DNA of 56,729 nucleotides from a virus (IMGVR_UViG_3300031885_000016:1-56729); one strand, 5' to 3'; shown: positions 1 to 8,486, counted from the stretch's first letter. The notes: a model not told the origin generated them from the letters alone. Numbers and translations are program-made.

Positions 1-63
1 CGGAAGTCTTGATCGCCAATGGTTTTGGTTACGACGCCTAGTTTAGTTGTACATTAGGCGTTT

Positions 64-136
64 GACCTCGTAGCTCAGTCGGTAGAGCAACGGACTTTTA
101 ATCCGTGGGTCGTGAGTTCAAGTCTCACCGGGGTCA
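64..136 (+). tRNA. trnK: tRNA-Lys(UUU), no encoded CCA
   Basis: Full cloverleaf: acceptor GACCTCG/CGGGGTC+A, D arm GCTC/GAGC, anticodon arm ACGGA-CTTTTAA-TCCGT, T arm GTGAG-TTCAAGT-CTCAC. Confidence 0.95.
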
Positions 137-150
137 CTTAGGAGAAAACA

Positions 151-300
151 ATGAGTTTCTTTACATATTGCGAAAAGGTTTCTGGTTTTCTGGGGATTAA
201 GTTGGTGCTGGACAACATTCATGTTATCCATCGCAACTGGGCGCAGAACAAAACTGTTGGGGAGACTGCTGAGGCACTTCGCACTAAGAACAAAGTTTAG
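151..300 (+). CDS. Hypothetical 49-aa protein (paralog of 3668-3835)
   Basis: AGGAG RBS and ATG; stop is the TAG inside the motif. Paralog differs mostly at synonymous sites. Confidence 0.8.
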   Translation: MSFFTYCEKVSGFLGIKLVLDNIHVIHRNWAQNKTVGETAEALRTKNKV

Positions 301-319
301 TTGTACATTGGAGGGCAGG

Positions 320-541
320 ATGAGCAACTACTTCTTGAAACTTTGGGTGACTAGTGATCTTACTTATCAAGTCGCCAATCTTGAAACGGCTGAGACAGCC
401 GAATTTACTGACATTGAAAAGGTGTTAGAATTTTGTGGCGTGGCATTGAACCGATTTAAGTCGGTGGGTTGGGATGGTTACAGGATGGTTCAAGAAAAGA
501 TCGGGGAGAATAGCTGGTGGGTGTTGCCTTATCTTGGTTAG
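320..541 (+). CDS. Hypothetical cassette protein
   Basis: GGAGG RBS directly after motif; stop overlaps next motif. Confidence 0.75.
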   Translation: MSNYFLKLWVTSDLTYQVANLETAETAEFTDIEKVLEFCGVALNRFKSVGWDGYRMVQEKIGENSWWVLPYLG

Positions 542-566
542 TTTAGTTGTACATTGGAGGTATACC

Positions 567-824
567 ATGAGCATTAAAGTTCAAAACATTCCGACGTTGT
601 ATAAGCCACGGGGTGCGGTGTCATTGCCAGACAATCGAGATTGGACGAATCGTTTTGAGATTCGATCTGAGACATCTGATCGGATTTATATTATCGCCCA
701 GCACATTAACCATCGGCACTGGGGATGTTCCTGCCCGGCATGGAAGATTCGACGATCTTGCAAGCATTTGAAAACAGTGGGTTTGCCTACTGGGGAAGTT
801 CCTTATGAAGTCAATCTTAAATAA
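567..824 (+). CDS. SWIM zinc-finger protein
   Basis: WGCSCPAWKIRRSCKHL fits CxCx(n)CxH; GGAGG RBS. Confidence 0.8.
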   Translation: MSIKVQNIPTLYKPRGAVSLPDNRDWTNRFEIRSETSDRIYIIAQHINHRHWGCSCPAWKIRRSCKHLKTVGLPTGEVPYEVNLK

Positions 825-942
825 GATTTTCAATCTGGATGCTGATCCACAAGATTTGAATCTTCAATTCATGTTGGCGATGGCAATATGCATCCTGACC
901 CCTATGGGGATACTGTTTTATTTTTTTGGATAGGGGGCCAAT

Positions 943-1122
943 ATGACTAATGAAGAACTGCTTAGAGCGATTCGAGAAAACAGAGAGAAGCTAGAGCTTC
1001 TTGTGCAGGCAATGGAACGACATAAGAAACGCCGGTGGTGGAATCAGTTGGTTCAATACCTATCCATATTGCTTGGAATTATTGTTGGTCAATTGGCGTT
1101 CAAGTTCTGGATGGCTAGTTAA
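943..1122 (+). CDS. Small protein with C-terminal TM helix (59 aa)
   Basis: MTNEELLRAI...SILLGIIVGQLAFKFWMAS; stop TAA inside motif copy 1118. Confidence 0.7.
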   Translation: MTNEELLRAIRENREKLELLVQAMERHKKRRWWNQLVQYLSILLGIIVGQLAFKFWMAS

Positions 1123-1141
1123 GTTGTACATTGGAGCATTC

Positions 1142-1456
1142 ATGGAAACCAAAAAGAAGAAACGTGGATTCTTGGATGGCTATAAGAAGTATGATACTTC
1201 TAATGGGTTTGGGAATCGTCAAGAGTGGATGAATGCTTTTTATGCTCGGCTTGGATTTGAGCAGGCCCTTGAGGTATTGGGGGAGGATGATCCTCTGGTA
1301 TTGTTTGGTTTGAAAGCTGATGCGACGTGGGCGGATGTATCTGCTAGATGGCGGGAGTTGGCTGTGAAGCATCATCCTGATAAGGGTGGCGATCCTGTTG
1401 TGTTTAAGAAATACGGTGCGGCATTTGAGGTATTGGAAAGGCGGTATGGCAAATGA
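1142..1456 (+). CDS. J-domain (DnaJ-like) protein
   Basis: WRELAVKHHPDKGGDP contains the HPD J-domain signature; GGAG RBS after motif. Confidence 0.85.
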   Translation: METKKKKRGFLDGYKKYDTSNGFGNRQEWMNAFYARLGFEQALEVLGEDDPLVLFGLKADATWADVSARWRELAVKHHPDKGGDPVVFKKYGAAFEVLERRYGK

Positions 1457-1761
1457 TTAAAGCCAAGATTCATTCTGACGATTATGTGTTTGAATATGAA
1501 TTTGACGGCACACCTTGGTTCAAAGAGGCCAGCTTAGAGGATTTGCATCGGTTGTATGCTGAGGGCTGGTGTAGTTGCATTGAAGCCGATCAAGTGGCAA
1601 TTGAGGCCAGTAATGGTCCTATGACCGAAGAAACCGAGAATATCAAATTCCTTATTGATTACTGCCAGCGTAAAGGCGAGGGATTTGAGGTTGAGATTGA
1701 TGAGTTATCGGTTTTGGGTTGGCTTAAGTCTAACCGTCCTGATGTCTTGCTAGAAGTTTAG
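1453..1761 (+). CDS. Acidic hypothetical protein
   Basis: ATGA overlap with the J-domain gene; ends EV-stop in motif. Confidence 0.75.
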   Translation: MIKAKIHSDDYVFEYEFDGTPWFKEASLEDLHRLYAEGWCSCIEADQVAIEASNGPMTEETENIKFLIDYCQRKGEGFEVEIDELSVLGWLKSNRPDVLLEV

Positions 1762-1804
1762 TTGTACATTGTGTGATTGTCTCAAATCAAACAAGGAGAA
1801 AATC

Positions 1805-2221
1805 ATGAGCTATGACAACGATCATCGGGTGCGGGCTGGGCGTAGAACTAAGCGATTGGAAGTCCAAGGCAACCAGTTAGTTGGTTGGGTTACTTCAGAC
1901 GATGAGGATGAGGTTCTTGTCGAATTTCCTTTGAAGTATGAGGCATGTCCGACTTGTCAAGGTCGTGGGAAGCATACCAATCCATCTATTGACAGTCATG
2001 GGTTATCTGCTGAGGATTTTGCGGAAGATCCAGATTTTCTCCAAGATTATTTCAGCGGTGTGTATGACGTAGCTTGTTATGAGTGTGGTGGTCGAACTAC
2101 GGTGGCTGTTGTGGATGAGGCTCGTGCCAATCCAGAACAATTGGCTTTGTGGCACGCTCAAGAGCAATGGGATCGGGAGTATGAGGCCGAATGTGCGGCT
2201 GAGCGTCGTTTCGGGTATTAG
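1805..2221 (+). CDS. Zn-finger protein (DnaJ-type CxxCxGxG)
   Basis: CPTCQGRG and CYECGG; AAGGAG RBS. Confidence 0.75.
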   Translation: MSYDNDHRVRAGRRTKRLEVQGNQLVGWVTSDDEDEVLVEFPLKYEACPTCQGRGKHTNPSIDSHGLSAEDFAEDPDFLQDYFSGVYDVACYECGGRTTVAVVDEARANPEQLALWHAQEQWDREYEAECAAERRFGY

Positions 2222-2259
2222 TTTAGTTGTACATTGGGGAGTCATAAGGGAGAACAAAA

Positions 2260-2625
2260 ATGAAAACGATTGATGTAAACGAAGAGTATACGGATGTGTT
2301 GTTTGCGGTTGCTTCGACTTATGCGGATTGTCGCCCTGATATTATGGGTGAGGATCATGCTTATCGCACTCGCAAGTTGATGTGGCGTGCTGCTCGGGCT
2401 GTGCCTCGTGATGCTGCCAAGATCATTTTGCAGCGATGTATCCCTGAGGGGTACAATGCGTTTGAGGCTAATTTGCTGGATTTGCTTCCGGCTGATTGTC
2501 AGGTTGAGATTGCTCGGGAATACTCCGTTTGCATTTATGTGCAAAAGGCGTTGAAAGAGATTCCTGATATGCTGGCTGACGAATGGCATGTTGAGGGGGA
2601 TGTGACTCGGATTTGGTGGGACTAA
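2260..2625 (+). CDS. Hypothetical protein
   Basis: GGGAG RBS, 121-aa ORF after motif. Confidence 0.75.
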   Translation: MKTIDVNEEYTDVLFAVASTYADCRPDIMGEDHAYRTRKLMWRAARAVPRDAAKIILQRCIPEGYNAFEANLLDLLPADCQVEIAREYSVCIYVQKALKEIPDMLADEWHVEGDVTRIWWD

Positions 2626-2759
2626 TGACCACTAAAGAAAAAGTTTTTCTTAGTGATTTTTGACTTCATCTGTAATAGAGAGGATGAAGATCACGAAGCC
2701 AAGGTCAATGCGGCATTGGATCGAACTGTAGTCAAGGAATTACGGGAAAGATTTGAAAT

Positions 2760-2978
2760 ATGAATTGGAAAGTTGGCAAGGCGTTGATTTGGTGGGGTGT
2801 GTTTGGTTTTGGTGTGATTTTAACCAATATGGCGATGGGAGTTGTAGATCGTCGTGTTGAGTTTCTTGAAATGATGATTTGGGTGGCTTGTGCTTCATTC
2901 TTTGTGGCAAGCTATTTGGAGAATATCAAGCCGAGTCATTTGGGATTCATTGAGCATTTTTTAACAAAGAGGTATTGA
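2760..2978 (+). CDS. Small membrane protein
   Basis: Two hydrophobic segments; ends 3 nt before motif. Confidence 0.65.
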   Translation: MNWKVGKALIWWGVFGFGVILTNMAMGVVDRRVEFLEMMIWVACASFFVASYLENIKPSHLGFIEHFLTKRY

Positions 2979-3017
2979 GAAGTTTAGTTGTACATTGTTG
3001 GATCAAGGAGACTAAAC

Positions 3018-3389
3018 ATGAAATACACTGGCACGATGGATTGGACTTTTGAGCCGGAAGATGGTCCGATAACTGCAATTGACTTTTCTTTTTCTTGGGG
3101 ATATAACCCACAGACTCCCGACGTTATGTATCTTCGCAATGGCGATCCTGGGTATCCAGGCGATCCAGAGGAGATGGAGATTACGGAGATTGAGCGGGCT
3201 GATATTAAAGCTGTTTGGTTCGGGGATACATCTATCCAAAGGCATATGTGCCAAGAGCAATGGTTTTTCACTCAGACGGTAAAATGGTTGAATGAAAATA
3301 CCGAAGTTGGCAAACCGTTGTATAATGCTATCTTGGAGAGGGTTCGAGAAGAATTGGCGGCACGATTGGAGGTGTGGGATGAAGATTGA
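3018..3389 (+). CDS. Hypothetical acidic protein
   Basis: AAGGAG RBS; contains NGDPGYPGDPEE. Confidence 0.75.
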   Translation: MKYTGTMDWTFEPEDGPITAIDFSFSWGYNPQTPDVMYLRNGDPGYPGDPEEMEITEIERADIKAVWFGDTSIQRHMCQEQWFFTQTVKWLNENTEVGKPLYNAILERVREELAARLEVWDED

Positions 3390-3546
3390 TCCGATTTCAA
3401 AAAAGCAGATTGAACAATTGCGAGAGCAAGTGAAGTTGCAGGCGGCTTATATTCGGTTTCTGGAGCAAGGATTGTCTGCTGCTCAAGATAAAGAGTTTAA
3501 TCGCAAGGTCGAAGCTGGAGAGCTTGATTACGCTAAGGGCTGCTAG
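3379..3546 (+). CDS. Small coiled-coil protein
   Basis: GGAGG RBS; stop overlaps motif 3546. Confidence 0.65.
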   Translation: MKIDPISKKQIEQLREQVKLQAAYIRFLEQGLSAAQDKEFNRKVEAGELDYAKGC

Positions 3547-3560
3547 TTTAGTTGTACACT

Positions 3561-3654
3561 GACCTCGTAGCTCAGTTGGTAGAGCAACGGACTTCCGCTG
3601 TTGAAACAGCATGAATTAATCCGTGGGTCGTGAGTTCAAGTCTCACCGGGGTCA
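3561..3654 (+). tRNA. tRNA-Lys-derived gene with 21-nt insertion in the anticodon loop (intron-containing, decoy or pseudo-tRNA)
   Basis: Identical to 64-136 except one D-loop base and the insert CCGCTGTTGAAACAGCATGAA (3595-3615) between U34 and U35. Confidence 0.8.
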
Positions 3655-3667
3655 CTAGGAGAAAACA

Positions 3668-3835
3668 ATGAGTTTCTTTAAATACTGCGAAAAGGTTTCT
3701 GGTTTTCTGGGGATTAAGTTGGTGCTGGATAACATTCATGTTATTCATCGCAATTGGGCACAAAACAAAACAGTTAGTGAAACTGTTGGGAATCTAATGC
3801 TGGAAAAACTGGAGAGAAATCAGGAGAAAGTATGA
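3668..3835 (+). CDS. Hypothetical 55-aa protein (paralog of 151-300)
   Basis: MSFFKYCEKVSGFLGIKLVLDNIHVIHRNWAQNKTV...; AGGAG RBS. Confidence 0.8.
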   Translation: MSFFKYCEKVSGFLGIKLVLDNIHVIHRNWAQNKTVSETVGNLMLEKLERNQEKV

Positions 3836-4017
3836 AAGACGCTTTAATTATGGGTGGTGCAGTTCTTGGTGTGCTGTGCCTGATTGCCTTAGTGGTATCA
3901 GTGGTTATTGCGATCTTTCCTTTCTTGGTTGCAATTGCTGGTGTCGTTATCATATGGAGAATTGTCCTTTGTGTGATAAGTGGCACGCCGTTTTTTACTG
4001 GGAAGTTGCCGTGGTAG
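3832..4017 (+). CDS. Small membrane protein
   Basis: Highly hydrophobic, ATGA overlap, stop overlaps motif. Confidence 0.75.
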   Translation: MKDALIMGGAVLGVLCLIALVVSVVIAIFPFLVAIAGVVIIWRIVLCVISGTPFFTGKLPW

Positions 4018-4071
4018 TTTAGTTGTACATTGGTGGTTTGTTCTGAACGAGTTTAACTAAGGGAGAATTGA

Positions 4072-4323
4072 ATGGCTGGTAAGGAAAAGGCTGCGAAGCG
4101 TCCGAGTTGCACATTGGCTCAAGTGCTGGAGACTGGTGCCTTGGAGGTTCATGTTGGAGGAGTGTTGATTGGCGTTGTGAATCCGAAGGAGTTTTCGACT
4201 GGAAGCTTTGGGTTTGGCTTTCAGGGGCCTGTTGCTATCAAGCTGAAGGATGGCATTGCTGAATGTCAGGTCGGCTTGAACATTACGGTGAAGCACAGCA
4301 AGCCCGAGTCGGCGGCTGCGTAA
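4072..4323 (+). CDS. Hypothetical protein ending in -SAAA
   Basis: GGGAG RBS; contains KEFSTGSFGF. Confidence 0.8.
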   Translation: MAGKEKAAKRPSCTLAQVLETGALEVHVGGVLIGVVNPKEFSTGSFGFGFQGPVAIKLKDGIAECQVGLNITVKHSKPESAAA

Positions 4324-4391
4324 TTCATGGTCATTGGTGGGTAGGCCACAAAGACTAAAAAATAGGGTCTACAAATACAAAGGGGAGACTG

Positions 4392-4658
4392 ATGATTAGC
4401 GTAGTGTTTCGGGTGACGTTGCAGGGTAGTTATGTAATGACTAAGACGATGACCGTTCCTGTTGTCCCCCAGAAGGATGATGATGTGGTTGTGGAGAATC
4501 AGTGGTTTGTGGTTAAAAACAATCGTTTTCTAATGGAACGATCTCAAGCTTATGTGGTAGTGGTGGTCGAGATTCTACGGGAGCAGAATCAAACTAAGCT
4601 TGTGTTGGAGGACAATGGTTGGGTACGAGAAGATACGTTGGAACCTGATGATGTTTAG
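4392..4658 (+). CDS. Hypothetical protein
   Basis: GGGGAG RBS; ends DV-stop in motif. Confidence 0.7.
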   Translation: MISVVFRVTLQGSYVMTKTMTVPVVPQKDDDVVVENQWFVVKNNRFLMERSQAYVVVVVEILREQNQTKLVLEDNGWVREDTLEPDDV

Positions 4659-4699
4659 TTGTACATTCGGGAGATGTAAAACAAAGGGAGAAACAAAGT

Positions 4700-5119
4700 A
4701 TGGGAATGGGTTATGCTGCTACGCACGGTTGGATTTTGACATCTGCGGATCTCAAAAAGATATGTCCTGATGAGTTTGCGGCGGTTGAAGCTGCGTTGGA
4801 GTTGATCGAATCTGATGAAGATGGGCCATATACTCTTGCTCGATATACACAAGCCATTACTAATGGTGAGGTTATCACAGGAGTTATCGACGAAGCGATT
4901 ACTGCTTTAGCTAAGGCGTTTACCGAAAAGACCAAGGTGGGGGACAGCAAGTTGCAGATTTATCTCGGCTATTACGATGCTGATAGCGGCGATATGTATG
5001 ATGAAATTGAGAATGGGGAATACTGGGAGATTGGCGGCATGGAGGCATTGACTCCAGCCGGTGTTAAACTGAAAGAGATTAGTGATGTGGCTCATCAAGC
5101 ATGGGTTCATCTTGGATAG
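4700..5119 (+). CDS. Acidic hypothetical protein
   Basis: GGGAG RBS; stop overlaps motif. Confidence 0.8.
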   Translation: MGMGYAATHGWILTSADLKKICPDEFAAVEAALELIESDEDGPYTLARYTQAITNGEVITGVIDEAITALAKAFTEKTKVGDSKLQIYLGYYDADSGDMYDEIENGEYWEIGGMEALTPAGVKLKEISDVAHQAWVHLG

Positions 5120-5133
5120 TTAAGTTGTACATT

Positions 5134-5570
5134 GGTGGGTGTTGAAACAATTGTCGGCTGACCCTTACGCTTAGGGTCCATTTGATGTCGGTGTCCCAAA
5201 CCTGTGCCACAAGCTATGGGGAGGGAGCAACATCCGTTTAATCGAGCGACAAGCCCGTAATGACCTGAGCGGTCAGAGGGATTTCGATTCACTGGAGTTG
5301 GTGTCCTATTTCGTATTTCATGGATATTGAATAGGAGCAACCCGGTTTTGTTACTTGTCCGACAACAATAACTAGTCTGAGCGATGACGATAAAAGCTTG
5401 CCGTATGGGATTACGTAAAGCCCCCCTAGAACTTGGGTCAATAATCCGCTGGTCATCGTAAGACCACTAAGGCATTGTCCTGCCGGTACAGTCAAGGCAA
5501 ATAGGGCCAAAGTAAGTGAAAGCTTGTAACAGGGAGCCGAAGCAATCGCTAGGCTCCCTGACTTTGTTTT
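5134..5570 (+). ncRNA. Candidate large structured non-coding RNA occupying its own cassette
   Basis: No credible + strand ORF. Nested helices: 5151-57/5359-65, 5160-65/5173-78, 5248-53/5354-59, 5261-65/5271-75, 5304-10/5330-36, 5382-88/5452-58, 5408-13/5442-47. Terminal hairpin 5530-38/5552-60 plus T-rich tail. Confidence 0.65.
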
Positions 5571-5606
5571 ATGACTTATAAAGTTTATTTGTACATTAGG
5601 TTGGAT

Positions 5607-5876
5607 ATGAAGCCGAATAAAATGAAAATTGCTGGCGGGGAATGGATCAAGCTACCCGACTATCCGATGGGTGGCAGACCACTTAAGCCCCGTTGCTCTA
5701 AATGCAATCGTGAATGTGAAGCTCGTTTGCATCGTATGTGGTTGTGTGCTAATTGCCCGACTACTAAAGAACAGCGGGAAAATGCCAAGCCAAAGAAAAG
5801 CAATTCGGCGGCGTTGGCGATGTTGTATGCAGCGGCAGCAATCGGTATGCCGTATATCAAGGTTGACAAAGTTTAG
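5607..5876 (+). CDS. Small Zn-ribbon protein
   Basis: CSKC...CANC; ends KV-stop in motif. Confidence 0.65.
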   Translation: MKPNKMKIAGGEWIKLPDYPMGGRPLKPRCSKCNRECEARLHRMWLCANCPTTKEQRENAKPKKSNSAALAMLYAAAAIGMPYIKVDKV

Positions 5877-5897
5877 TTGTACATTTGGGAGAATGTT

Positions 5898-6236
5898 ATG
5901 AGCATGGGATGGCAGACTACTGAGGATGATGTGATGACGGTTCTATCCGCTCACAATATCAAGGTCACTAAAGATCGGCTAAAAGAGATCTATGAGGGAC
6001 TTGATTTGGATGCGATTGAGGATGGTGTATATTATTACACCAGCATCGACGCCCAGACCGATAGCATGTTGTGTGACATTGAAGATCAGTTGATGGAACA
6101 ATTCATCATTGTCGGCAAAGAAAAACAGTATGACGAAGCCGATGAGGATGAATTCCTTGATGAAGATGAAGATGACGAAGATGACGAAGATGACGAAGAT
6201 GATGAGCATGATTTGAATATGTCCAGCATGTGGTAG
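5898..6236 (+). CDS. Very acidic protein with D/E tract
   Basis: GGGAG RBS; tail DEDEDDEDDEDDEDDE encoded by a GAAGATGAC repeat. Confidence 0.8.
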   Translation: MSMGWQTTEDDVMTVLSAHNIKVTKDRLKEIYEGLDLDAIEDGVYYYTSIDAQTDSMLCDIEDQLMEQFIIVGKEKQYDEADEDEFLDEDEDDEDDEDDEDDEHDLNMSSMW

Positions 6237-6259
6237 TTAAGTTGTACACTGGAGGATAC

Positions 6260-6559
6260 ATGAAACCATTTACTGTGCCGACAATGAAAGTCAAAGTTCT
6301 GATGCTTGCATTTGGCGATCCTGGTCAGGTGCGAGAGGTTGAGGTTCCTGTTGAGTCTGAGAGCGTATTGGATGAGGTTTTCCGATATGGACAAAACGAC
6401 TTTCAGCCGCAGAGATGTCCTAGTGTGAGCAAAGGAGATGTGATCGAATACAACGGTCATCATTTGGTTGCCAGCTTTGGATTCAAGGAGTTATCTGAGG
6501 AGCAGTTGCAGGAATATACTGCAATGGATAGACGAGATCGTTACTTCTATGAAGTTTAG
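6260..6559 (+). CDS. YodL-like domain protein
   Basis: PSVSKGDVIEYNG...VASFGFKEL resembles the YodL motif (SxSxxDV...VDxxGF). Confidence 0.6.
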   Translation: MKPFTVPTMKVKVLMLAFGDPGQVREVEVPVESESVLDEVFRYGQNDFQPQRCPSVSKGDVIEYNGHHLVASFGFKELSEEQLQEYTAMDRRDRYFYEV

Positions 6560-6607
6560 TTGTACATTGGGGTGCTGTCACTAAACTTTTCACAAAGGGG
6601 AGAACGA

Positions 6608-7201
6608 ATGGATCGGCACTATCGGGTACGATATCATGACAAGGGTTTGGGTTCGACGACTTACGGCGTGGTTGACTCTTACTGTCCAGAGGCTAAAAAG
6701 TTGCCAAAGGGGCAGGTGCTTGTTGAGCATGCTATTTATCCCAAGCGGATAGTGGTGGAAGAATCGACGTTGGTTGATATTCCTTTGGCTTATGGTGGGG
6801 AATACGATCAATACGTATGTCTCATGCAGGATTTGCATGAAATATTGGCAGATCGTTTGGGTTATGCGAAATTGAAGCCCGGTCATCAATTCTCTATGAG
6901 TGTTGGTGATGGTGCTGCTCACTACGTTGTGACCAAGGTTCGCCAAGCGACTTGCACGGTGGAATGGCGTGGGTTCAATGGTGATCGGTATGTTGATCGG
7001 GTGTTTGGTTGGGGTGGTTCCTTTCGTCGTAGGGATGTTGAGCCCTTGGTTGGGATTGGCCATCAGCCTTTTTCCAGTTTGCTTGAACCTGATCGGGTGA
7101 AAACACTGGAGAGTGAGATCGGCCAGAAGATGATTGGTTTCCAAAGAACTTGGAAACAGTCTCCCCAAGAGTTGTTGGCCATGTATAGTCAGATTGTGTG
7201 A
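6608..7201 (+). CDS. Hypothetical protein
   Basis: GGGGAG RBS; ~197 aa; followed by terminator. Confidence 0.8.
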   Translation: MDRHYRVRYHDKGLGSTTYGVVDSYCPEAKKLPKGQVLVEHAIYPKRIVVEESTLVDIPLAYGGEYDQYVCLMQDLHEILADRLGYAKLKPGHQFSMSVGDGAAHYVVTKVRQATCTVEWRGFNGDRYVDRVFGWGGSFRRRDVEPLVGIGHQPFSSLLEPDRVKTLESEIGQKMIGFQRTWKQSPQELLAMYSQIV

Positions 7202-7214
7202 GTCTCCCCAGGAT

Positions 7215-7266
7215 GGCTCCCCCAACCGAATTCTCCCGATTCGGTTGGGGTTGAGCCTCTTTTTTT
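7215..7266 (+). terminator. Intrinsic terminator
   Basis: CCCCAACCGAAT/ATTCGGTTGGGG stem plus T-tract immediately before motif 7271. Confidence 0.8.
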
Positions 7267-7324
7267 GGAAGTTAATTTGTACATTATGTTGGCATCGGTA
7301 ATTCAATCATTCAGGGAGCCAATC

Positions 7325-7729
7325 ATGTATCGCTATCGTTGTGAAGGTCATACGACTTGGAACGCTCGCAAGAATTTCAATCGTGTAGGTGTTCTGGGTA
7401 AGATCAAGCGAGTGAAGGGTTATCGTTTCACTTCATGCCGCAAGAACAACAGCAATCAACCTGTTCAGCATGAATACGTGTTGGTGGTGGGGGAGAATGG
7501 TTCTTGTCGTTTCAGTGGTTTGTGTTGGGGTTATGGTGGTGAAGGTCCGAGCGGGCTGTGTGAGTTGCTCAAGATGTTGGGCATCGAGGGCAACATGGCA
7601 GCGAACATTGCCTATGACTCGTACCGTGGTCAAGCTGACGGGACTGATTGGGAACTTAAGTTCCGTGAAGGGCAATTCAGCTATATGAATGGGAATTGGA
7701 CAAGCTATCACGAATGGCAAGCCGCCTAG
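7325..7729 (+). CDS. Hypothetical protein ending in -QAA
   Basis: Contains WGYGGEGPSGL; GGGAG RBS; stop overlaps motif. Confidence 0.8.
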   Translation: MYRYRCEGHTTWNARKNFNRVGVLGKIKRVKGYRFTSCRKNNSNQPVQHEYVLVVGENGSCRFSGLCWGYGGEGPSGLCELLKMLGIEGNMAANIAYDSYRGQADGTDWELKFREGQFSYMNGNWTSYHEWQAA

Positions 7730-7781
7730 TTTAGTTGTACATTTGGGAGAGTGTAACAACAACATTCAACGGGAGAATAGA

Positions 7782-8177
7782 ATGCTGACTCAATCTAATT
7801 TGCGACAGTTTACGGGGACTGAGGGTTATTTGCGATGGCAACCTTTGTTGTTCCCCCGCATGGTTCTGAGTGAGGGTGCCAAATACGTTGCCGAACGTGG
7901 CGGCGAGGGCAACAATAGTGCTTGGTGGTTGATGGATGCAATTGCTTCTCATCAGCCGAAGTGCTTGAAGATCGAACAGTTGCGTGAGATTCAATTCTGG
8001 ACGTTGAAGAAGAATGCTGATGGTTCGGCATTGTTGACGTGTCAGATTGATTCAGGGGTGAAGCCCACGATTACCCAGAAAATTCCTTATACGGATTTTT
8101 CCTTGGATGAAATCAAGTTGTGGGTGGGACCGCTGAACGAACGGCTATATGTGATCTATCTGCCTAGCGAATCCTGA
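7782..8177 (+). CDS. DUF6876-like protein
   Basis: FTGTE...SEGAKYVAE...WWLMDAIASHQ...QFWTL...QKIPYTDF matches my recollection of DUF6876. Confidence 0.65.
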   Translation: MLTQSNLRQFTGTEGYLRWQPLLFPRMVLSEGAKYVAERGGEGNNSAWWLMDAIASHQPKCLKIEQLREIQFWTLKKNADGSALLTCQIDSGVKPTITQKIPYTDFSLDEIKLWVGPLNERLYVIYLPSES

Positions 8178-8231
8178 GTAGTTTAGTTGTACATTGGGAG
8201 AGTGTAACAACAATTCAATAAGGGAGAAATC

Positions 8232-8486
8232 ATGGGACGTTCGACTACTCCGACCTATCGTTTGCGGATTGATGGCACAAGTCTGATCTGGCGTGGCAAA
8301 GCTACGCAGAAACGGCTTGAGGAATACGTCATGCAATATGGCAAGTCATTGGAGCTTGGTGGTGCCAATGAGCATATCTCCAAGAGCTTAGGATATATTC
8401 CTTATCCGAATAAGGCTATCTTGATTCGTCAGTCTACCAATGAAGTCGTCGCAACTTGGCAGGCGGCTATGTTTCAAGTGTGGTAG
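8232..8486 (+). CDS. Hypothetical protein
   Basis: GGGAG RBS; stop overlaps motif. Confidence 0.75.
   Translation: MGRSTTPTYRLRIDGTSLIWRGKATQKRLEEYVMQYGKSLELGGANEHISKSLGYIPYPNKAILIRQSTNEVVATWQAAMFQVW

Noticed and set aside
5134-5570. tmRNA, RNase P RNA or group I/II intron identity for the structured RNA; minus-strand ORFs 5107-5340 and 5289-5510
   Set aside because: There are no tRNA-like ends, no GAGGAAAGUCC, no recognisable catalytic core and no interrupted host gene. The ORFs lack RBSs and oppose the array's orientation.
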